Shown here one piece after another: positions 1 to 10,594 of a stretch of DNA of 64,000 nt. The notes beneath the pieces were generated by a model. It did no database searches, was not told the DNA's origin, and worked only from the letters and a program-made list of their open reading frames with translations. Location of the stretch: the NCBI GenBank assembly GCA_039798785.1, contig JBDKFG010000015.1, positions 1 to 64,000 on the forward strand, written 5' to 3'. This DNA is from Verrucomicrobiota bacterium. GTDB taxonomy: Bacteria; Verrucomicrobiota; Lentisphaeria; Lentisphaerales; Lentisphaeraceae. The position numbers were made by a program, and so were the translations under genes. Within the stretch, counting starts at the first letter, position 1. Each line of letters starts with the position of its first letter.

Positions 1-159
1 CGCCATCACTGCGCCTGACCCCATCTTCCACCACCAAATCCGCTGCCCGGGAGATTGCCTAATGGAAGACAGTCTTGCGCAGAAAGGTGTAAAGAAACAT
101 GTTTGTGGGGGGGATTCTCTGACTGAGCTCTGCGAAGCTCTCCGCGGCCTGGTGGCTTT

Positions 160-270
160 ACTCCAAAGGAGTGGAAGATTTTTGCCCGTGGTCGAGCCGC
201 ATCGGCGACACCTGGTCCTGATTTCCCAGATTGAGGAGGAGGCTGCGATCATCGTCACTCCAACGAGGAC
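160..270. repeat. REP/MITE-like palindromic repeat
   Basis: ACTCCAAAGGAGT mini-hairpin. GGTCGAGCCGCATCGGCGA (190-208) is the exact reverse complement of 15054-15072. Confidence 0.55.
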
Positions 271-398
271 CGCAGGTGAGTGAGTTAACAAGCATTGGCA
301 TCCAGAATCAAGAGAAAATGGCAACGACCGATTTCGATAGATTGCTGATAAAACGCGACTCGAACTTCCTCAATCTTTGAACCTTACAACCTTTGGAA

Positions 399-3090
399 TT
401 AGCTTGATTGACGCAGGCGTCGCTCGGTGGCGAGACGGAGGACTCGTTGGAGCTCTTGCTTGCTTACAGGCTTGGTGCTGAAATCATCGAATCCGACTCT
501 TCTGCAGTGCTGATGGGTCTCTTCAAAGGCGTCGGCAGTGAGGGCGACGATGAAGTCTCGGCAGCCGAGGCGGCGGAGTTCCTGGGTGGTCTCGTAGCCA
601 TTCATCTCCGGCATGTGCAAATTCCATCAGGATGAGGTCGAAGGAATCTTTCTCTGCTGAAATCAGCTCGAGTGCCTGGCGTCCGTCGCCGGCGATCTTC
701 ATTTCGGAAGCATAGCGAGAGAGCATCCGAGTGATCACTTTCTGATTGACCGGGTTGTCCTCGACCACGAGGATGCGCAGCTGCAGGTCGAGGTCCTGCT
801 GCGGGCCGGTTTGCGCCAGGAGGCTTGCCGCGTCACCTTCGGGCAATTGGAGAGCCAGGGAGAAGACACTGCCTTTTCCGAGGCGCGAGTTGACCTCGAG
901 CCGTCCCCCCATCAGTTCGGCCAGTTTAGCGCTGATCGAGAGACCGAGGCCGGTGCCGCCATGGCGGCGGCTGATCGACGAGTCGGACTGCTCGAAGGGG
1001 CGGAAGATCTGCTCGATCTTTTCTGGAGCGATGCCGGGACCGCTGTCTTCGATGGATATGTGAATATCCCAGACACCACCGCGATTTTCGGCATCCAGAT
1101 GGAGTTTAATGCCGCCCGTGTCGGTGAATTTGATTGCGTTCCCGACCAGATTGCCGATGCATTGCCAGATGCGCAACGAATCGCCTTTCAGCACCAGCAC
1201 AGGGAGCGAGCTCAAACATTCCAGGCTCAAACCCTTGTCCTGAGCGTTCACCTGATGCAGGCTGACGACCTTGCGGCAGAGATCGACAAGATCGAAGCAG
1301 TGCAGGTCCAGGGAGAACTTGCCGGAATCGATCTTGCTGAGGTCGAGGATGTTGTTGAGCAAGGCATGCAGTGATTCGCCGCTGCCGCGAAGAGTGCTAA
1401 CCAAGCCGCGCTGCTCGTCATTGAGCGACTTGTCATCCTCCAGGATGCGGCTGAGGCCAAGAACGCCATTGAGAGGGGTGCGGATTTCGTGCGACATGGT
1501 GGCGAGGAAGTCGCCGCGGGCGGCATTCGCCTTTTCGGCATCCCGCTGGGAGGATTCCGCCTGAGCGACGGCAAGGCGGAGCTCGGCAGTGCGGACTTCG
1601 ACCACCTCCTCGATCTTGCTGGAATGGCCAGTGATGATGAGGAGAGAAGAGACCAGACCGGCAGCGAAGATCAAGGCGAGGATGATCATGATGTGGTTGT
1701 GTCGGCCGGGGAAGTCGCTGTGGGCCTGCATCAGGGTCAGGCGCCAAATCTCGTTTCCGGCGAGGGTGAAATCGCGACTGGTGCTCAGGGAGTCCTTCAA
1801 ATTCTTGCCTGGGTGATTGCTGCAGATCAGGTTTCCGGACTTCAGGTCATGGATCTGCCATTTGAGTTTTTCATCGGGCCCGGGTAGGGATTGAAAAAGA
1901 AGGCGGAGGGAGAGCATGCCGATGGCGACGCCGGAACAAGAGCCCTCAGGGCGATGCGTCGGACGGATCAGGAGAATGCCACCCGGTCCGTCGGGATCCT
2001 GGAACATCTTGAAGCTTGAGCTTGCCCCCATTCCCTCTTTTATCGACTTCTGGATCAATTCTCGTCTTTGCGGAACCGCCATGTCATTGATGCCGAGGAC
2101 ATCAGTGTTGGCGGCGAGAGGGTAGACATAGCAGACCGGGCTTGCCAAGGTCTCCTTCTCATCCACCGGCTGACCTGGTGGCGGTCGCAGCAGGATCGTC
2201 CGTCCGATCTCTGCTTCGTAAGAGGGCCGGAGGCTGGGCCAGTCTTGGAGTGAGACCAGCGGCGCCCATTGCAGATTGAGGAAAGCCTGGTTGGGATGCG
2301 CGCTCAATTCGCAATAACGGACGAAGCCAGCGAAGTCGACGTGCTCGCCGCTGAGATAAGCCTCCAGTCCGCGAAGACGAGTGACCTTGCTGACGATTGA
2401 CGAATCAATACGTTTCATATGGAGCTCGACAGCGGTGTCCAGCTCGTGCCGGAAATCATTGAGCCTCTCCTCTTTTTCGTAGCAGTAGATCAAAGTGGAG
2501 ACTCCAAGTCCGGCGAGCATACCGCCGAGCGCGACGCCGCTGCGGAAGCTGAACTTTGGCCAGTCGGTAGCGACGACTAGAATGAGGAGACAGAAGATCT
2601 GGACGCCGAGGCAGTCGCCGAGCCACCAGGTGAAGAAGTTTCCAGCGACCGCTTCTCCTGGGATGATCCCGGAAGACCAGAGGGTGAAATTTCCGATGGC
2701 GGCGGCGGTGATGCAGCAGAGCAGTGACACTGCAGTGAAAATGAACAGGCTGCGGACATCGTTGTAAATGAGGCGATTGGGCAACCATTGGCGGAGGATG
2801 CGCGCGCAAATCCATGCTTGCAGGGAAGAACCCGAGGCGATCGCGACAGGGACCCAGGAGAAGTCAGGCTGGGGCGGGATGACTTGGGAATTGAAGATCC
2901 AGGATCCTAGGAAGATACCTGGCAAAGCCCTCTCTCGCCAGAGCAGAAGTGCAGCCAGGGCCAGGCCGGCGGGAGGGAAGACGGGGATTGAATATCCCGG
3001 CGGCAGGGCAAACATCATTCCCAGCTTGCCGCCGAGGACATAGCCGATGAGTAGAATCAGATTCCCGATGATCATCCGATGCCGCGACAT
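399..3090 (-). pseudogene. Hybrid sensor histidine kinase (MASE1-CHASE-HisKA-HATPase-REC), frameshifted in the receiver domain
   Basis: N-terminal multi-TM MASE1-like region, H-box FLATMSHEIRTPLNG, N-box GNAIKFT, G-boxes DSGPGI and GGTGLGL, REC start ILVVEDN. The frame breaks after DLILM and continues in ORF 399..620 as (L)HMPEMNGYE...IVALTA...KP. One extra base at ~621-623; this could be a sequencing error. Confidence 0.85.
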
Positions 3091-3278
3091 GGCCACCCTC
3101 GCTTCTGGTCAATCATACAACGGAACGGCCTGAAAAGTCAAGACGGTTTACTGAGCCCATCGGAGCTTATTCCGATTCCGGCTGACGGAAGGAAGTTTAT
3201 TCCATGTGTAAACTCGCGTCTTTCGCAAACAAGTGTTAGTTTATTATCAACAGGAATTCAAGCCAAAGAGACTGACTC

Positions 3279-5618
3279 ATGAGCCCCGAACAACTCCGCC
3301 AGGGATTGCAGCAACACTTCGGTTTCGAGGATTTCATGGAGGGACAGCTGCCTGCGGTCAGCGCCGTCGCCACCGGCAAGGACGTTCTGGTGGTGATGCC
3401 CACCGGAGCCGGCAAGTCACTGTGTTACCAATTGCCCGCCTTGCTCCGTCCTGGCTACACCATCGTCATTTCGCCACTGATCGCCTTGATGAAGGACCAA
3501 GTCGATGCACTCAGGGCCCGCGGCATCGCCGCCGCCCGCATCGACTCGACCCAGGACGCTTATACCCAGCGGGAAGTCATCCAAGGAGCCCTCGCCGGCC
3601 GCATCCGTCTCCTTTACGCCAGCCCGGAACGGCTTCGAGCTCGCGGCTTCAGGGAAATGATCGCCGCGCAGCCTCCCTCGCTGCTGGTCATCGACGAGGC
3701 TCACTGCATCTCGCAATGGGGACATGATTTCCGCCCCGACTATTCCCGCGTCGGCGAATTCGCCGCCGCCTGCCAGGTGCCGCAAGTCGCCGCCTTCACC
3801 GCCACCGCCACACCGCTCGTCCGCGCCGACATTCGTGCCCAGTTGCGCCGCGCCGACATGCTCACCCTGGTCAGCGGCTTCACCCGTCCCAACCTCGCCT
3901 TCAGCGTCCTCGAAGCCGAGACGGTGAAGCGCAAGGACGAGATCCTCCGCGAACTGCTGGCGGAGAAGAAGCCGACCATCATCTACTGCTCCACCCGAAA
4001 ACAGGTCGAATCCCTAGCCGAAAACCTCGGCATCAAAGGTTATCACGCCGGCATGAACGATGCAGCACGCAGCGAGTCGCAGGACTGGTTCCTCAAGGAT
4101 CCCTGCCCAGTGCTCGCAGCCACCAACGCCTTCGGCATGGGCATCGACCGCTCCGACGTACGCCGCGTCATCCACTATTCGCTGCCCGCTTCGCCTGAAG
4201 CTTATTACCAGGAGGCTGGCCGCGCCGGCCGCGACGGAGAAAGCGCCGAATGCATCCTTCTCTGGTGCTTCATGGATCGCAAGATCCAGGAGTTCCTGAT
4301 CGAGATCGGCTCGCCTGACGAAGCGAGCGTCCGGGCCTTGTGGCGGATCCTGCGGCAGAAACGGCTCGAGAGCGGTCCGCTGGTCGAGGCGCCGCAGGAG
4401 GCTCTGGCCAAAGCCGCCGGACTCAAGGGCGAGCAGCAGGTTTCGGGCGCTCTCAAGCTTCTCGAACGTGCCGGCTTCGTCGAGCGAGCGGCCCGCGGCG
4501 GAGGACGGGGCGTGCTGCGCGCCCGCGCCCCCCTGCCGCAGTGGCAGGAGCGCGCCTCAGGGCCTCGGACACAACGCAGTCTCTTCCTCGCCAGCACCTT
4601 GCGGGAATTCGGTGGCAGTCTCAGCGATGGTGTCGCCGCCTCCTGGGAGGATCTTGCCGACATCTCCGGTCTGACCCGGGAGCAATTGCCCCGCGTGCTC
4701 GACGCCCTCCGCGGCGACAACTTGCTTGACTGGACGCCGCCATTCTCGGGCCGGGGCATCGCAGTGCTTCGCGAGGACCCCGAGCCCAGCGGCATCGACT
4801 ACGGAGCGGTGGAGAAGAAGAAGCAGCTGGATGTCGAGCGGCTCGGCGCGATGATCTCGTTTTCCCGCGCCCGCGGCTGCCGCCAGGCCCACCTGATCAG
4901 CTATTTCGGTCAGGAGGTGAAAGGATGGCGCTGCCACGCCTGTGACCGCTGCCGCGACGCGGAAGGAAGCCTGATGGCCAGGGAGACAGGCCCCCAGGAG
5001 CTCGCCATCCTGCAGCTCCTCCTCAATGGAGTAGATCACCACCATGAACGCATCGGCCTCGCCAAACTCGCCCTGGTCCTCGCCGGGAAACGCACCCAGC
5101 AGACTCTTGAATCCCGCCTCACCGAATCACCTCATTTCGGCAAGCTCAAGTTCCTTGACGAGGAAACCATCATCGCCACCTTCGAATCCCTGGAAGGGGT
5201 CGGCTTTGTCGGCAGGAGCAGCGGGCGGTACGCCCTGGTCGAGATCAGCAGCAAGGGGAGAGAGTTCATGCGCCACCCCAAGCCCTTGCGTCTTGCCCTG
5301 CCGGAATTCGCGGTGCCCGCGAAAAAAAACGAGAGCGCCCAGAAACTCGGGACGCCTTTGGAGAAACGGGCCGCGGCGCTGAAGTCGGCGCCGAATTTCG
5401 ACCGCAGTCTTTTCGAGGCCCTGCGCGAAGCCCGCAACCAGCTTGCAGTCGAAGAGGATGTGCCTCCTTTTCTCATCGCCCCCAACTCTGCGCTCGAGGC
5501 AGTGGCGGCCGCACATCCCCGCGACGCCGCCGCACTCGCCAATGTCAGCAGTTTCGGCCCGCAAAGGACCGAAAAATACGGCGCAGTCTTCCTCCGCATC
5601 CTCCAAGGCGCCGATTGA
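3279..5618 (+). CDS. recQ: RecQ-family ATP-dependent DNA helicase with RQC and HRDC domains
   Basis: MPTGAGKSLCYQLP, DEAHCISQWGHDFRP, ATNAFGMGID, YYQEAGRAGRDG, Zn site CR...C-x2-CDRC, C-terminal HRDC (LFEALREARNQLA...VPPF). Confidence 0.93.
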   Translation: MSPEQLRQGLQQHFGFEDFMEGQLPAVSAVATGKDVLVVMPTGAGKSLCYQLPALLRPGYTIVISPLIALMKDQVDALRARGIAAARIDSTQDAYTQREVIQGALAGRIRLLYASPERLRARGFREMIAAQPPSLLVIDEAHCISQWGHDFRPDYSRVGEFAAACQVPQVAAFTATATPLVRADIRAQLRRADMLTLVSGFTRPNLAFSVLEAETVKRKDEILRELLAEKKPTIIYCSTRKQVESLAENLGIKGYHAGMNDAARSESQDWFLKDPCPVLAATNAFGMGIDRSDVRRVIHYSLPASPEAYYQEAGRAGRDGESAECILLWCFMDRKIQEFLIEIGSPDEASVRALWRILRQKRLESGPLVEAPQEALAKAAGLKGEQQVSGALKLLERAGFVERAARGGGRGVLRARAPLPQWQERASGPRTQRSLFLASTLREFGGSLSDGVAASWEDLADISGLTREQLPRVLDALRGDNLLDWTPPFSGRGIAVLREDPEPSGIDYGAVEKKKQLDVERLGAMISFSRARGCRQAHLISYFGQEVKGWRCHACDRCRDAEGSLMARETGPQELAILQLLLNGVDHHHERIGLAKLALVLAGKRTQQTLESRLTESPHFGKLKFLDEETIIATFESLEGVGFVGRSSGRYALVEISSKGREFMRHPKPLRLALPEFAVPAKKNESAQKLGTPLEKRAAALKSAPNFDRSLFEALREARNQLAVEEDVPPFLIAPNSALEAVAAAHPRDAAALANVSSFGPQRTEKYGAVFLRILQGAD

Positions 5619-5838
5619 TCGTGCCTCCAACCTTTCAGCCAGAAAGCACGGGGCGTTAGTTGAAAAGGATGATACACAAGGGATTGAGCATCGAGACAAA
5701 GTGAAACGAAGCCAGTTTAGGTTCAAAACAAGCGAGTGAAACCCAAACGGTCAGGGTGATCCGGTCTGATCCCGGCGCTGCGGGCGCCTGCCGCTTTCCT
5801 TGGATATTTCGGTGCGGCACAGATCTGACTCCTTGTCC

Positions 5839-5867
5839 TTGTTTCTGTCTGCCAGCTGATTTATAAT
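5839..5867 (+). promoter_or_regulatory. Putative sigma70 promoter
   Basis: TTGTTT-17 nt-TATAAT about 25 nt upstream of the CDS at 5892. Confidence 0.55.
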
Positions 5868-5891
5868 GGCTCAGGAAAGCGGGAGAAGAAC

Positions 5892-8549
5892 GTGTTTCGA
5901 TTCCTCCAGACAGGACTGGTTCGCCTGCTTTTTGCGGCTTTTACAGCCGTCTCGGTTTTCGGGGCCGAGGAGCCCCAGCGCGATAACAAAGGACGGCTTC
6001 CCGGCGAAATCCTGGCGCTTTATACCTACAATCTGCCGAAAGACATTAAATGGCCGAATGAGGACAAGCTCGCCGAATTTCGCGTCGTCCTTGTCGGTCG
6101 CGATCCCGACTTTGAAAAACTCTTTAACAATATCGTCCGCGACGAAAAAATTCGCGGCAAGCCGATACGCTTCACCACAATGGACGAGGTCGATAAGCTC
6201 GATGCCTGCGAAATGGTGGTCTTGAGTAAAAACAAATCCGAACTACTCGAGAAGCTGCTCCAGAAGGTGGAGCGCAAACCCACATTGATCCTCAGCCAGG
6301 AGCACGAGGACCCGCTGCTGGTGATGATCAACATCCTGGAAAACAAAAACGGCAAAGGAACCGGCTTCGCTATCAACAATGGCAACATCCGGATGCAACG
6401 GCTGGAAGTGCAATCGGGCTTGCTGTTGCGAGGCGGCACTGCAATCGACGTCGGCAAGCTTTTCGAAGACGGGGAGAAGAGTCTCAGGGAAGCTCGGGAA
6501 AACCTCAACAGCAAGGAGCGTCAAGTCGCCGAACTGAGCCGCAATATCGAGCTCAGCAGGCGCAAGCTGGACGAGCAGAAGTCTCAGATGGACAAAGCCG
6601 CCACCGAGCTTGACAAGGCCCGCCTGGAGGTCTCTGCGGCCCGCATCGAACTCGAAAACAAGGGGGCCGAGCTCAACAAGATCAAAAGCGAACTATCCCT
6701 GCGCGAAGCGCAGAACGTCGAAGCCGGCAAACGCATGTCGCAACTGCGTGCCGAGGTCTCCGAAAGCGAAAGGAAGGTGTTGGATCAGGAAGGCGACATT
6801 CGGATGCTGCAGCGAGAGAAGACACGCTTGCAGCAGCAAGGCAAGGAACAGGCGGAGCTGCTGCAAAATCTGAGGGACGAGCAGATCCGCCGCGAAAAGG
6901 AGATCGAGCTGATCATGGCCGACATCGAACTGCGACGCAAGGAACTTGAGGCGGGGACCCAAAAGCTCGCCGGATTGAATCAGAGAATTTCCGACAGTGA
7001 AGCGAAGATTCTCCAGCAGCAGCACATCATCACGCAACAGCAAAGCAACCTCCGACTTCTCCTCGGGCTGATCCTGGTTTCGATTCTCTTTGCCGCCTTC
7101 GTCTTTCGTGCCCTCCAGGAGAAAAAGCGCTTTGCACGCAAACTTGAAGAGGCGCAAACCGAAATCCTCGTCGCAAAAGAACAGGCGGTCGACGCCAGCA
7201 AGGCGAAAAGCGTCTTTCTCGCCAGCATGTCCCATGAGATCCGCACCCCGATGAACGCAATCCTCGGATACGCTCAAATCATGGAGAAGTCCGACGATGT
7301 CGGGCCAGGCAGCCGCCACAATCTCGAGATCATCCGAAAAAGCGGCAATCACCTTCTCAGCCTGATCAACGAAGTCCTCGAGATGTCCCGCATCGAGGCA
7401 GGGAAGACAGTGCTCAATCTGCAGCCTGGACATTTCCCTTCGATCATCGAGGAGGTTCGCGACATGTTCGCCCTCAAGGCTAGAGACAAGCATCTGCAAT
7501 TTGAAATCTCTAGCTGCCCGAAGCTTCCCGGTCTGATGTTTGACGAGGGGAAGCTCCGTCAGATCCTGCTCAACATGCTTGGCAACGCCATCAAGTTCAC
7601 CGACAAAGGCAGCGTCAAGCTCCAAACCCGCGCCGAATCCGGGGATCTCGGCTGGCATGTGACCGTCGAAATCATCGACACCGGCCCCGGCGTCGCCGAA
7701 GAAGACCGTGAAAAGCTGTTTGAACCTTTCGAACAGACCCGCAGCCGCAACCAGAAGATCGAGGGAACGGGGTTGGGCATGCCGATCAGCCGGCGTTACG
7801 CGCGCTTGATGGGGGGCGACATCAAGATCCTGTCAAACCAGCCCTGCGGCTCGGTCTTCGTCTTCGATTTCTACGCCAGTCTCAGTTCAGAACCGGTGAG
7901 CTCCCGCCAATCTCAGGGGACCATCGACGCCATCAAATTCAAAGGAGAAACGCCGCGCATTCTGATTGTCGACGACGTCGAAATCGGCCGCAGGATTCTG
8001 CGTGACATGCTCAGTCCCTACGGATTCATCATTTCTGAAGCGCTCGACGGAGCTTCAGCCTTGGAGCTGATCTCCCGCGACAAGCCGGACATGATTCTGA
8101 GTGATGTCCACATGCCCGGCCTCTCGGGAATCGAATTAGTGGCTCTCATTCACCGGCGTCAACTCAACATCCCCACCATTCTGCTCTCCGCCTCGGCATT
8201 GGAAGAAGATCGTCAACTGGCTTTGGCCGCCGGTCCTGCCGGCTTCATCGCCAAGCCCTTCCTGGTCAATGAGGTCTTGGAACTGATGCGGCAGCATCTC
8301 CATTTTGAATGCTCCTTTCAAACCGCTTCTGCAGCTCAGCCTGTCCCGACCGACAGTCACGAAACAATCACTCCGGAACTTCTCCATGAATTGCAATCTG
8401 CGGCGACACTCGGGGCGCTCAAAACCATTCTCTCCCTATTGCCTGCGATTCGCCTCCAAGCCCCCCAAGCGGCAGAGGAAATCCAACGCCTGTGCGACAA
8501 CTTCGACATTGCCGGGATCAGGTATTTGGCCGAGCACTTCAATCCTTGA
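5892..8549 (+). CDS. Hybrid histidine kinase with N-terminal YfiR/DUF4154-like domain and long coiled coil
   Basis: Signal peptide, YfiR-like segment (IKWPNE...MINIL...FAINNGNI..QRLEVQSGLL), ~195-aa heptad-rich helix, one TM helix, FLASMSHEIRTPMNA, GNAIKFT, GTGLGM, REC (ILIVDD...DVHMP...KP). Confidence 0.85.
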   Translation: MFRFLQTGLVRLLFAAFTAVSVFGAEEPQRDNKGRLPGEILALYTYNLPKDIKWPNEDKLAEFRVVLVGRDPDFEKLFNNIVRDEKIRGKPIRFTTMDEVDKLDACEMVVLSKNKSELLEKLLQKVERKPTLILSQEHEDPLLVMINILENKNGKGTGFAINNGNIRMQRLEVQSGLLLRGGTAIDVGKLFEDGEKSLREARENLNSKERQVAELSRNIELSRRKLDEQKSQMDKAATELDKARLEVSAARIELENKGAELNKIKSELSLREAQNVEAGKRMSQLRAEVSESERKVLDQEGDIRMLQREKTRLQQQGKEQAELLQNLRDEQIRREKEIELIMADIELRRKELEAGTQKLAGLNQRISDSEAKILQQQHIITQQQSNLRLLLGLILVSILFAAFVFRALQEKKRFARKLEEAQTEILVAKEQAVDASKAKSVFLASMSHEIRTPMNAILGYAQIMEKSDDVGPGSRHNLEIIRKSGNHLLSLINEVLEMSRIEAGKTVLNLQPGHFPSIIEEVRDMFALKARDKHLQFEISSCPKLPGLMFDEGKLRQILLNMLGNAIKFTDKGSVKLQTRAESGDLGWHVTVEIIDTGPGVAEEDREKLFEPFEQTRSRNQKIEGTGLGMPISRRYARLMGGDIKILSNQPCGSVFVFDFYASLSSEPVSSRQSQGTIDAIKFKGETPRILIVDDVEIGRRILRDMLSPYGFIISEALDGASALELISRDKPDMILSDVHMPGLSGIELVALIHRRQLNIPTILLSASALEEDRQLALAAGPAGFIAKPFLVNEVLELMRQHLHFECSFQTASAAQPVPTDSHETITPELLHELQSAATLGALKTILSLLPAIRLQAPQAAEEIQRLCDNFDIAGIRYLAEHFNP

Positions 8550-8744
8550 GGAAATCCCGGTCAGAGCAATCTGCGAAGCCAGCGGTTAGGTTCAGTAGGG
8601 GCAAGGACGAAAGAGAAGTTGCGCTGGTTGAATCAAATTTTCTCTTTTAGTACAGGGATTCTGGGCGCCGGTACTCATGGATTTTTCGCCGAGTCCCGTT
8701 AGGTTGCGTGGATTTTGAACAAAACCACCACAAGAGGCCTTCAA

Positions 8745-9908
8745 GTGAGCAACTGGAACTGGAAACAACAGCGCGAAAAACGGGCCTTCCTGGCCCTCGA
8801 AGACGGCAGCATCTTCCACGGCTACTCGGTCGGCGCCCCCGTCGACAAGCTCGGCGAAACCGTCTTCAACACCGGCATGGCCGGCTACCAGGAGATCCTC
8901 TCCGACCCCTCCTACGCCGGCCAGTTCATCAATATGACCTACACCGAGATGGGCTCCTACGGCACCTCGGGCTGGGACATGGAGGCCCGCGGCACCTTCT
9001 GCAACGGCTTCCTCATCCACAACCTCAACGAAGCCTCCAACTGGCGCGACGACATCGGCCTCTCCGACTTCCTCAAGAAGAACGGCATCCCCGCCCTCGC
9101 CGGCATCGACACCCGCGCCCTCACCCTCAAGCTACGCACCCAGGGCGCCCTCAAGGGCTACCTCAGCGTCAGCGGCGGCGTCTCGGAAGAAGACGCGGTC
9201 AAGAAGGCCAAGGGCTGGGAAGGCCTGGTCGGCCAGGACTACGCCGCCAAGGTCAGCACCGACAAGGTCTACGAATGGGACCCCGATGACAGCCACTCCG
9301 GCTCCTGGGGCACCGGCGGCGCCTTGCCGCCCAAGGACCTCCACGTCGTCGCCTACGACTTCGGCATCAAGTGGAACATCCTCCGCTCGCTCCGCCGCCA
9401 CGGCATGAAGGTCACCGTCGTCCCCGCCAAGACCCCGGCCAAGGACGTCCTCGCCCTCAACCCCGACGGCGTCTTCCTCTCCAACGGCCCGGCCGACCCG
9501 GAAGCGGTCACCTACGCCATCGAGGCCGGCCGCGAACTCCTCGGCAAGAAGCCGATCATGGGCATCTGCCTCGGCCACCAACTCCTCGGCCTCGCCTGCG
9601 GCGCCAAGACCTACAAGATGAAGTTCGGCCACCACGGCTGCAACCACCCGGTCAAGGACCTCGAGACTGGCCGCATCGAGATCACTTCGCAGAACCACAA
9701 CTTCGCCATCGACCCCAAGTCGGCCGAAGGCACCGACATCGTCATCACCCACATCAACCTGAACGACAACACCGTCGCCGGCCTCCGCCACAAGACGCTG
9801 CCGATGTTCGCCGTCCAGTACCACCCCGAAGCCGCCCCCGGCCCGCACGACCCCTTCTACCTCTTCCAGCGCTTCCGCGACATGATCCTGGCCCACAAGA
9901 AGGCCTGA
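8745..9908 (+). CDS. carA: Carbamoyl-phosphate synthase small subunit
   Basis: [55 protein letters not shown] start at 8745 after GAGG. Confidence 0.97.
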   Translation: MSNWNWKQQREKRAFLALEDGSIFHGYSVGAPVDKLGETVFNTGMAGYQEILSDPSYAGQFINMTYTEMGSYGTSGWDMEARGTFCNGFLIHNLNEASNWRDDIGLSDFLKKNGIPALAGIDTRALTLKLRTQGALKGYLSVSGGVSEEDAVKKAKGWEGLVGQDYAAKVSTDKVYEWDPDDSHSGSWGTGGALPPKDLHVVAYDFGIKWNILRSLRRHGMKVTVVPAKTPAKDVLALNPDGVFLSNGPADPEAVTYAIEAGRELLGKKPIMGICLGHQLLGLACGAKTYKMKFGHHGCNHPVKDLETGRIEITSQNHNFAIDPKSAEGTDIVITHINLNDNTVAGLRHKTLPMFAVQYHPEAAPGPHDPFYLFQRFRDMILAHKKA

Positions 9909-9915
9909 TCTTCCT

Positions 9916-9940
9916 AAGCCCGGGCCATCCGCCCGGGCTT
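9916..9940 (+). terminator. Hairpin downstream of carA
   Basis: AAGCCCGGGC-catcc-GCCCGGGCTT with a weak U-tract. Confidence 0.5.
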
Positions 9941-9982
9941 CATCTTGAACGAGTCAAGCGGAGTCTGGAGTTGAGAGATGAA

Positions 9983-10537
9983 ATGAAAGCGTCCATTCCA
10001 GTGCTGGCCTTACTATTCCTCCCGGCGTCTTGCTCGGACACGCTCGCCTATCCGCCCCTCGTTGAAGCAGCCCGCCGTGGCGACTTGAGTGCAGTCAAAT
10101 CACGGCTTGCAGCGGGTGAGAAAGTCAATCAAGAAGTCGAACAGGGCTGGACCGCTTTGCATTTCGCCGCCGGCAGCAATCAGACCGAGATCATTCTCCT
10201 TCTTCTCAAGGCTGGCGCCGAGATAGATCACCCGGATGACAAAGGCTTCACCGCTCTTCATTTTGCCGCCGAGCATCATTTCGCCGCCTCTGTCGATCTC
10301 CTGATCCGATCTGGGGCCGCCGTAAATCTTCCTGACTCAAGCGGTCGGACGGCGCTCCATCTGGTCGCCGCCTGCGGCGACCGGCCGATCGCCGCAGCCC
10401 TCCTTCGTGCCGGCGCCGACCCGAAAGCCCTGAGTGCGGCGGGAATGTCTCCGGGGGCTCTCGCTTTCGCCGCCGGCCATGTCGACTTGGCCAATGACCT
10501 TGGCTTCCGCAATTATCCCGAGTCTCCACTACAATAA
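9983..10537 (+). CDS. Exported ankyrin-repeat protein (possible lipoprotein)
   Basis: Signal peptide ending PASC and repeated G-x-TALH-x-AA ankyrin motifs. The true start is the ATG at 9983 inside the longer ORF. Confidence 0.85.
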   Translation: MKASIPVLALLFLPASCSDTLAYPPLVEAARRGDLSAVKSRLAAGEKVNQEVEQGWTALHFAAGSNQTEIILLLLKAGAEIDHPDDKGFTALHFAAEHHFAASVDLLIRSGAAVNLPDSSGRTALHLVAACGDRPIAAALLRAGADPKALSAAGMSPGALAFAAGHVDLANDLGFRNYPESPLQ

Positions 10538-10594
10538 GCGACCGAAATCCAGCGTTGGGCAGGCATCTCGATCCAATTGTCTGGAGCCCAAGCC

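Noticed and set aside
1..62. Possible 3' end of an upstream gene (...KSAAREIA-stop)
   Set aside because: Too short to assign.
9371..9982. N-terminal extension of the 388-aa ankyrin ORF
   Set aside because: It is an alternative frame over carA; the real start is the ATG at 9983 with a signal peptide.
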